The translations under genes and the position numbers were made by a program. The notes under the pieces were generated by a model. It was not told the origin of the DNA. It saw only the letters and a list, made by a program, of their open reading frames with translations, and made no database searches. This document shows, piece after piece, positions 37,138 through 43,362 of a stretch of 43,362 nt of DNA. The stretch is from Planctomycetota bacterium (lineage in GTDB: Bacteria > Planctomycetota > UBA1135 > UBA2386). Position 1 is the first letter of the stretch; every line of letters begins with the position of its first letter. Location: contig JAYZDB010000115.1 of NCBI GenBank assembly GCA_036338025.1, positions 1-43,362 on the forward strand, read 5' to 3'.

Positions 37138-40100
37138 ATGCAGGTCCTTCGCGGTTTCAAGACCCTGAGCGTCACCAAGCGGGTGCTGGCGACCCTTGAG
37201 CAACCGAGCCATCGCGCGATCGGCGGACTGTGGGGCTCCAGCACGGCGCTGATGCTCCACACCCTGCAGCGGCAGTGGCGCGGGTCGATCCTGGTAATCA
37301 CTGCGGATGATGACCAGTCCTTGACCCTGGCCGCCGACATCCACTGCTTCCGGCCCAAAAAGACAATCGGTCCGGCGCCCCGCACCTTGGTCACCGAGCT
37401 CTCTGATGTCGATGACCAACCCGATCAGATGACCCGCAGCCAACGGATCCAATGCCTCGCAGAGATCCAGGGTCTACAGACATTCCTGCTGGTATGCAGC
37501 CTGCACGCCTTGGTCCAGCCGGTGCCAAGCCTGCGAGACCTGCGTCACGGCCAGACCTCTTTGCGGACCGGTCAGGCCACGGACCAGGCAGAACTGCTCC
37601 AAAAGGCGCTGGATGGCGAACTCCGCAAGGTCCCGGTAGTGCTGGCACCCGGTGAAGTCAGCTCGCGGGGCGACGTGCTCGACATTTTTCCGATGGCATC
37701 TGCGGCGGCCTACCGTCTCGAGTTCTTTGACGAGGAACTCGAATCAATCCGCAGCTTCGATCCAGCAACCCAGCGTTCGCTACAACTTCTGGAGACGGTC
37801 GAACTGAACCTCAGTCCAGCAGCGGAGACCAGCGAGGTGTTGGACCACGTGCTGCAGAAGGACCTGCTGGTCGTCTACCTGGAACCACTCAAGTTGGAAG
37901 AGCGGCAGATCCAACTGATGTCACCCAACGACACCCTCCACAAGTCCCTGATCCGTTTCAAGGACGCGACGTCGGGACTGCCAGCCTTCGACCTGGGGGC
38001 TCTGCCAAGCCACGACCTCGACTACAAGATTCTGTCAGCGGGCAGCGCAATTGGCTCAGGGGAGAAGGACCCACTCGGCCGACTGCGCTCCGTGCGAGGG
38101 ATGAAGGGGGTCCTGCGCATCTACTGCGCAATACCGCCAGACCGCGACCGTCTGCTGGAGATCTTCGCGAATCACTCGATCAAACTCGAGAACGAACGGA
38201 TCGAGGTGCAACTGGGCAGCCTCAGCCGGGGTTTCAGGATTCCGGACCTCGACCTCACCCTGATCTCGAATACCGAGTTCGCCGGCGTCCCCGCCAAACC
38301 ACGGGTAGTCGAGAAAACCGCGGTGCCGAGTCGCGCCCTGCAGAGCTTCTTCGAACTTGGCCCCGGCGACGTTGTCGTCCACGCCGTGCACGGCATCGCC
38401 AGGTTTGAATCGATCGAACTGGTCGAACGCGGCGAGGCCGCCGAGGACCATCTGCGGCTGATCTTCAAGGATGACATTCGGCTGCTGGTGCCAGCCTCCA
38501 AGATCCACCTCGTGCAAAAGTACGTCGGCTCTGGCGACGTCCGGCCCAGGCTCGACAAACTCGGCGGCAAGAGCTTCGCCCGGCGGAAGGAGGATGTCGC
38601 CAAATCCGTATTCGACATGGCCTCCGACCTTCTCGACCTGCAGGCCGAGCGTGCGACCATCGAACGCCCGTCCTATCCGGCCGATCCACTCGAAGACGAT
38701 CTGCTCGACAGCTTTCCCTTCACCGACACCGACGACCAGGCCGAGGCGTGGGCAGAGATACGCCTCAACCTCGAGGGCAACCGCCCGATGGATCGGCTGC
38801 TGTGCGGCGACGTCGGGTTCGGCAAGACCGAGGTTGCGATGCGAGCGGCGTTCAAGGTCGCCATCACCGGCCGCCAGGTCGCCGTGCTGGTGCCGACGAC
38901 GATTCTCGCGGAACAACACGGCCGCACCTTCTCTGAGCGCTTTACGCCGCACGGATTGCTGGTCGAAGTCCTCTCGCGGTTTCGCAAGGCCAAGGATCGC
39001 AGGGAGGTCTTGGCTGGTAGCGCCGCCGGCCGGGTTGATGTCCTCATCGGCACCCACCGTCTATTGAGCGACGACGTCAAGTTCGCGGACCTCGGCCTGA
39101 TGATCATCGATGAAGAACAGCGGTTCGGCGTACGGCACAAGGAGCACCTCAAACAGCTGCGACGGAAAGTCGATGTGCTCACCCTGAGCGCGACGCCGAT
39201 TCCACGCACCCTGCACGCCTCCCTGGTCGGCATCCGCGACGTCTCGACGCTGACCCAGGCTCCGATCGGTCGTCAAGACGTCGAAACCCGCATCGCGTTC
39301 GCCGATCCTGCGATCGTGCAGTTGGCAATCCGCAGGGAACTGCAACGTGAGGGGCAGGTCTACTACCTGCACAACCGTGTCGAGACGATCGAACGGGTCG
39401 CCGCCGATATTCGCAAATTGGTGCCCGAGGCACACGTGGTGGTCGGTCACGGCAAGATGACGGAGACGCAGATGGAAAACGCCCTGCGTATCTTCATTCG
39501 TGGTGATGCCGACATCCTGGTGTGCACGACGATCATCGAGAACGGCCTCGACATCCAACGAGCCAACACCATGCTGGTCGAAGGTGCAGACCGCTTTGGG
39601 CTGGCGGAGTTGCACCAGCTACGCGGCCGCATCGGCCGCAGTTCCAGGCGCGCCCATTGCCTGCTGCTCTTGGACCGTACCCGACCAGTAGCGTCGGAGG
39701 CCAAGAAACGCCTGAAGACCCTCGAGGAGTTTTCCAGCCTCGGGGCCGGCTTCGCCATCGCGATGAAGGACCTCGAGATTCGCGGCGCCGGCAACATCCT
39801 CGGGCCGCAGCAATCCGGCCACATCGCGGCGGTCGGCTACGAGATGTATTGCCAACTCCTGCGGGTGGCGATGGACACCGCCCGCGACCCCAAGAGTACC
39901 ACTGCGGGGCCACCGGATCCGTCGGTCTACGAAACCCGCGAAGTCGACGTCGACCTGCGTCTGCAGGCTTTCATTCCGGACCCCTTGGTCCCCGAGCCAA
40001 AAGTCCGTCTGGAGTTGTTACGCGAGATGGACGGCGCTCACGACGTCGAGAGCACCAGCGCCATCGGGCGCTCGATCTCCGACCGGTTCGGGAACCTCCC

Positions 40101-40458
40101 CAAACCGGTCCAGACGCTCCTGTTCGTGTTCCTCCTCAAGCACCAGCTCACCGACCACGGTGTCCTCGGTGTGCAGTTCGTCGATGATGACCGGGTTATC
40201 GTCCGTCACCCCAAAGACCTGCCCCTGGGGGGCGCATGGCTGGACCACTACGCCGCCGTGCGCCTGGTGGAGCCGGGCAAGACCCACCTGATGCTGCCAA
40301 AGCGGCGCGGGAAGAAGTCCCCGTCCAAGGGACCAGATGTGCTTCAACTCATGCTGAAGTCCTTGCTGGGCAGAGACGAAATGCCGATGATCCAGAGAGC
40401 ATGGTCTGGCAAGAATGCAAGGTCGCGACGACGCCGCGACTCACGGTCAAAGTCCTGA
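37138..40458 (+). CDS. mfd: Transcription-repair coupling factor
   Basis: UvrB-like RG..LDIFP, CarD/RID VVH..HGI, DRLLCGDVGFGKTEVAMRAAF, DEEQRFGV, SATPIPRTL, QLRGRIGRS and DLEIRGAGNILG motifs, followed by the TRCF domain. Confidence 0.97.
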   Translation: MQVLRGFKTLSVTKRVLATLEQPSHRAIGGLWGSSTALMLHTLQRQWRGSILVITADDDQSLTLAADIHCFRPKKTIGPAPRTLVTELSDVDDQPDQMTRSQRIQCLAEIQGLQTFLLVCSLHALVQPVPSLRDLRHGQTSLRTGQATDQAELLQKALDGELRKVPVVLAPGEVSSRGDVLDIFPMASAAAYRLEFFDEELESIRSFDPATQRSLQLLETVELNLSPAAETSEVLDHVLQKDLLVVYLEPLKLEERQIQLMSPNDTLHKSLIRFKDATSGLPAFDLGALPSHDLDYKILSAGSAIGSGEKDPLGRLRSVRGMKGVLRIYCAIPPDRDRLLEIFANHSIKLENERIEVQLGSLSRGFRIPDLDLTLISNTEFAGVPAKPRVVEKTAVPSRALQSFFELGPGDVVVHAVHGIARFESIELVERGEAAEDHLRLIFKDDIRLLVPASKIHLVQKYVGSGDVRPRLDKLGGKSFARRKEDVAKSVFDMASDLLDLQAERATIERPSYPADPLEDDLLDSFPFTDTDDQAEAWAEIRLNLEGNRPMDRLLCGDVGFGKTEVAMRAAFKVAITGRQVAVLVPTTILAEQHGRTFSERFTPHGLLVEVLSRFRKAKDRREVLAGSAAGRVDVLIGTHRLLSDDVKFADLGLMIIDEEQRFGVRHKEHLKQLRRKVDVLTLSATPIPRTLHASLVGIRDVSTLTQAPIGRQDVETRIAFADPAIVQLAIRRELQREGQVYYLHNRVETIERVAADIRKLVPEAHVVVGHGKMTETQMENALRIFIRGDADILVCTTIIENGLDIQRANTMLVEGADRFGLAELHQLRGRIGRSSRRAHCLLLLDRTRPVASEAKKRLKTLEEFSSLGAGFAIAMKDLEIRGAGNILGPQQSGHIAAVGYEMYCQLLRVAMDTARDPKSTTAGPPDPSVYETREVDVDLRLQAFIPDPLVPEPKVRLELLREMDGAHDVESTSAIGRSISDRFGNLPKPVQTLLFVFLLKHQLTDHGVLGVQFVDDDRVIVRHPKDLPLGGAWLDHYAAVRLVEPGKTHLMLPKRRGKKSPSKGPDVLQLMLKSLLGRDEMPMIQRAWSGKNARSRRRRDSRSKS

Positions 40459-41516
40459 GCCTCACGTCCTGTCTCGTTCTCTCGAACGTGGCAGAGGCTC
40501 AGCCGGGCAGCTCCAAGTCGGCCAGCAGCACACCCGCAGCGGTCAAGCAGCAGGCACCGCCCAACCGCCAGTTCCTCGACGGTGTCCTGATGACCGTCGA
40601 CAATCGGGTCATCCTGTTCAGCGAGGTGCAGGACGAGTTCGAGGCGGTGCGAAGTGGCAAGGTCGAAGCTGCCTCGGGCAAGAAGCTGACCCTCCGCCAG
40701 GAACGTCAGATCTACCAGGAGATCATGGTGAAGTTCCAGCAGAAGGCCGTGCGGGCCAGCGCCGCCTTGACCCTGCCGAACTCCACTCCTGAGCAGATCC
40801 GGGACTACGTGGAACGCGTCCTGCAAGACGAGAAGCGGGACCTGATCGATCAGTACGGCAGCCTCAACAAGATGAAGGAGGAGATGTCGGTACTCGGCAA
40901 CTCGACCTTCATGATCGATCGCAAGCAGCGTGAGACGATCCTGATGGCCCTTTCAGAGCAAGAGCTACGCCTCCGACTGAAGGACCGGGCAGCGCTGATG
41001 ATCACCCCGAAGATGCTGCGCGACCACTACCGCAAGGTAAAGGGCTCACGCCACACCAAGTCGGTCTCGGACCTGGGCCGCCTGACCTTCGCCATCCAGG
41101 ACCCCCGCAAGCCGGCGGCCGCGCTCGAGCAGGCTCGCGAGGCCATCGCCGCCTGGCGCCAGGGAGAGCGGACCGCCGCGGAGATCGCCGAGAAATTCGG
41201 CGGACTCGCGCTGGCCGACATGGAGGGGCTGACCCTGGCGAAATCGAAGGAGCAGGAGACCTTCATCGCCGACTTTATCGGTAAAGCGAAAACTGGGGAG
41301 GTCTCCGAGCCCACCGTGCACGGGCGGGCGGTGTTCGTCCTGAAGATCCTGAGCAAGCGGGCCGGCAGTCCCTACCGCTGGGACAACCCGGCCGTCCAGG
41401 AGCAACTCCGGACCGAGCTGCTCGCCCTGGAACTGCACCAACTCCGGCTGCGGGCCGCTAAACGCGACTGGGAAAAGGTGTTCCGATGGGAATCCCCACT
41501 CGCGAAGCGCCTTTGA
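40401..41516 (+). CDS. SurA/PrsA-like periplasmic chaperone (parvulin-like PPIase domain, degenerate)
   Basis: Signal-like N-terminus, D.VLMTVDNRVILFSEV (SurA N-domain pattern) and GEVSEP…VFVLKI. Lies directly after mfd. Start uncertain. Confidence 0.65.
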   Translation: MVWQECKVATTPRLTVKVLSLTSCLVLSNVAEAQPGSSKSASSTPAAVKQQAPPNRQFLDGVLMTVDNRVILFSEVQDEFEAVRSGKVEAASGKKLTLRQERQIYQEIMVKFQQKAVRASAALTLPNSTPEQIRDYVERVLQDEKRDLIDQYGSLNKMKEEMSVLGNSTFMIDRKQRETILMALSEQELRLRLKDRAALMITPKMLRDHYRKVKGSRHTKSVSDLGRLTFAIQDPRKPAAALEQAREAIAAWRQGERTAAEIAEKFGGLALADMEGLTLAKSKEQETFIADFIGKAKTGEVSEPTVHGRAVFVLKILSKRAGSPYRWDNPAVQEQLRTELLALELHQLRLRAAKRDWEKVFRWESPLAKRL

Positions 41517-41681
41517 GGCGGGATCACGGTATCCTTTCCGTCGGGCCACGAAGACGCTAACTTTCTGGCCCCTCCGCTGAACCCAGCGCAAGACCCCGCG
41601 TTCCCAGTTCCGAAGGCCTGAACCGCCGTGTCTCGGTCAGGCGTTTGCCACTGAAAACACCGCAAGACAGAGATCTGATTC

Positions 41682-43202
41682 ATGCAGCTCGACCCGACCA
41701 AAATCCAACTCGAATCTCACACCCCCCCGATCTGGGAGAGGGAAGAGGACTTCTCGCAGGTCATGTCAGACCAGCTGAAGCATGCGCCCTGGCTGGTGAT
41801 CTCTGCCATCGCACACGCTATCGCCGGGCTGATCCTCTATATGGCGCTCGACGGCAGCCGCAACACTCGCGAAGACCTCGCGATGAATATGGAAATGCCT
41901 GAGCCCGAGGACGATATCGAGGAAGAAGAAGAGGAAGAAGAAGAGGTCGAGGAAGAAGAGGTCGAGGAAGTTGAGGTCCAGGAGGTCGAGATCACCGAGA
42001 CCGAGGAGATCTCAGAAAACGTCATCGACGAGCTCGACACCGACACCGTCGAGTCGGCCTTCGATAGCAACCAGTGGAACACGGCCATCGGTCTCGGTGG
42101 CGGTGCCGGCGGCAAGTGGGGCGGCCGCCGTGGTGGCCGCAAGCGGCTGCGTGGCAAGAAGCGCGGCACCGCCCGCGCCATCGACATGGGCCTGCAGTGG
42201 CTGAAAAACCACCAGGACAAGGACGGCAAGTGGGACTGTGACGCCTTCATGAAGCATGACAAGAGCGGGGTCCCCTGCGACGGCGCTGGCAACCCGGTTC
42301 ACGACGTAGGTATCACGGCGCTGGCACTACTCGCCTTTCTCGGCGACGGCAGCACGATGCGCTCAGGCCCCTACAAGGATCAGGTCAAGAAGTCCGTGAT
42401 CTGGCTGCGACGCCAGCAGGGCCCCAATGGCCTGTTCGGCACCAACGCGTCCCATGACTTCGTCTACGACCACGCAATCGCGGCCTATGCGATGTGCGAA
42501 GCCTACGGCCTGTCGAAGTACAAGATCATCAAGAAGAACGCCCAGAACGGCATCAACTACCTCGAGAGTCATCGCAACCCGTATTCCTGCTGGCGCTACC
42601 AGCCACGGGACAACGACAACGACTCCTCCGTCACGGGTTGGGCGATCATGGCCTACAAGTCCGCCAAGGACTTCAAGCTGCAGGTCAATGCCCAGGCGCT
42701 GAAGATCTCCGCTAACTTCCTGGACGAGTTGACCGATCCGGCGACCGGCCGTTGCGGCTACACCAAGCGCGGTGAGAAGTCCTCCCGCCACCCAGGCGAT
42801 CACGCTACCCGGTTCCCGATCGAGAAGGGCGAGGCCCTGACCGCCGTCGGCCTGTTCTGCCGGTTCTTCCTCGGACAGGATCCGAAGAAGGTAGCCATCA
42901 TGAAGACCGCCGCCGAAACGCTGATGCAACGCACTCCGATCTGGGACAAGGACGGCAGTATTGACCACTACTACTGGTACTACGCCACCTACGCGCTCTA
43001 CCAGATGGGTGGCAACTACTGGACCGAGTGGTCCAAGAAGCTCACCCCCGCGGTCGTGAAGCAGCAGCGCGAAGATGGCAACTTCAAGGGCTCCTGGGAC
43101 GCCGTCGGTGCCTGGGGCGAAGACGGAGGCCGGGTCTACTCAACCGCAATCCTGGTCCTGACTTTGGAAGCCTACTACCGCTACACCCGCCTGGTGCGCT
43201 AG
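41682..43202 (+). CDS. Membrane-anchored prenyltransferase/squalene-oxidase-repeat (alpha-alpha toroid) protein with TonB-like anchor and acidic linker
   Basis: TM segment PWLVISAIAHAIAGLILY, a poly-Glu linker, a Gly/Arg segment, then QW-type repeats (GLQWLKNHQDKDGKW, WLRRQQGPNGLF, VVKQQREDG…GSW) and GGRVYSTA…L.LE.YYRY. Confidence 0.85.
   Translation: MQLDPTKIQLESHTPPIWEREEDFSQVMSDQLKHAPWLVISAIAHAIAGLILYMALDGSRNTREDLAMNMEMPEPEDDIEEEEEEEEEVEEEEVEEVEVQEVEITETEEISENVIDELDTDTVESAFDSNQWNTAIGLGGGAGGKWGGRRGGRKRLRGKKRGTARAIDMGLQWLKNHQDKDGKWDCDAFMKHDKSGVPCDGAGNPVHDVGITALALLAFLGDGSTMRSGPYKDQVKKSVIWLRRQQGPNGLFGTNASHDFVYDHAIAAYAMCEAYGLSKYKIIKKNAQNGINYLESHRNPYSCWRYQPRDNDNDSSVTGWAIMAYKSAKDFKLQVNAQALKISANFLDELTDPATGRCGYTKRGEKSSRHPGDHATRFPIEKGEALTAVGLFCRFFLGQDPKKVAIMKTAAETLMQRTPIWDKDGSIDHYYWYYATYALYQMGGNYWTEWSKKLTPAVVKQQREDGNFKGSWDAVGAWGEDGGRVYSTAILVLTLEAYYRYTRLVR
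41901..42010 (+). repeat. Low-complexity GAR/GTCGAG repeats encoding the poly-Glu linker
   Basis: gaggaagaagaagaggaagaagaagaggtcgaggaagaagaggtcgag…, in frame within the CDS. Confidence 0.8.
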
Positions 43203-43362
43203 TCGATCTCGGAGTCACTACACAAGCGCCCCCTGGTGTCGCGCGACCCGGGGGCGCAAGTGGAGTGCCTCAGAGCGCTACGCGCGCACCAGGCGGGGGT
43301 AGCGGTAGTAGGCTACCAAAGTCAGGACCAGGATTGCGGTTGAGTAGACCCGGCCTCCGTCT
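43121..43362. repeat. Long inverted repeat (fold-back) centred near 43242
   Basis: 43284-43362 is the reverse complement of 43121-43199 at 77 of 79 positions. The inner ~40-nt arms also align but with indels. The repeat runs off the window end. Confidence 0.92.

Noticed and set aside
43226-43257. GC-rich hairpin after the last gene read as a Rho-independent terminator
   Set aside because: It has no U-tract and is simply the apex of the larger fold-back, so it may not be genuine.
43121-43362. Diversity-generating retroelement reading of the adenine-biased mismatches
   Set aside because: There is no reverse transcriptase in the window, the adenines are in the gene copy rather than a template copy, and the indels and hairpin geometry fit a fold-back better.

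Overview
A GC-rich, gene-dense chromosomal segment, most likely from a member of the Planctomycetota (PSD1/planctomycete cytochrome c plus DUF1501 pair, planctomycete-type RpoZ, Ser/Thr kinase-FGE fusion, prenyltransferase-repeat protein). It holds about 30 CDS plus the RNase P RNA gene. Housekeeping genes: ruvX/yqgF, rnpB, Glu dehydrogenase, fabD, rpoZ, typA, rnc, mfd and a SurA-like gene. LPS/envelope genes: AsmA-like, manC, WaaP-like kinase, lpxK, hldE and a stand-alone heptose adenylyltransferase. Also present: a heterodimeric ABC exporter, an M28 peptidase, a truncated globin, a 2OG-Fe(II) oxygenase and a methyltransferase. I saw no tRNA, rRNA, CRISPR array, integrase or transposase. The best leads are a TonB-like S-x3-H anchored prenyltransferase-repeat protein, a giant (~1160 aa mature) prepilin-leader protein paired with a second large pilin, a minimal PEP-CTERM peptide, a deoxyhypusine-synthase-like gene inside the heptose operon, and a probable pseudokinase. 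Smaller observations are several likely leaderless genes, a strong TAG stop bias, an SdhB gene relic and a fold-back inverted repeat at the window end that may be an artefact. All family calls come from motif recognition by eye, not from database searches.
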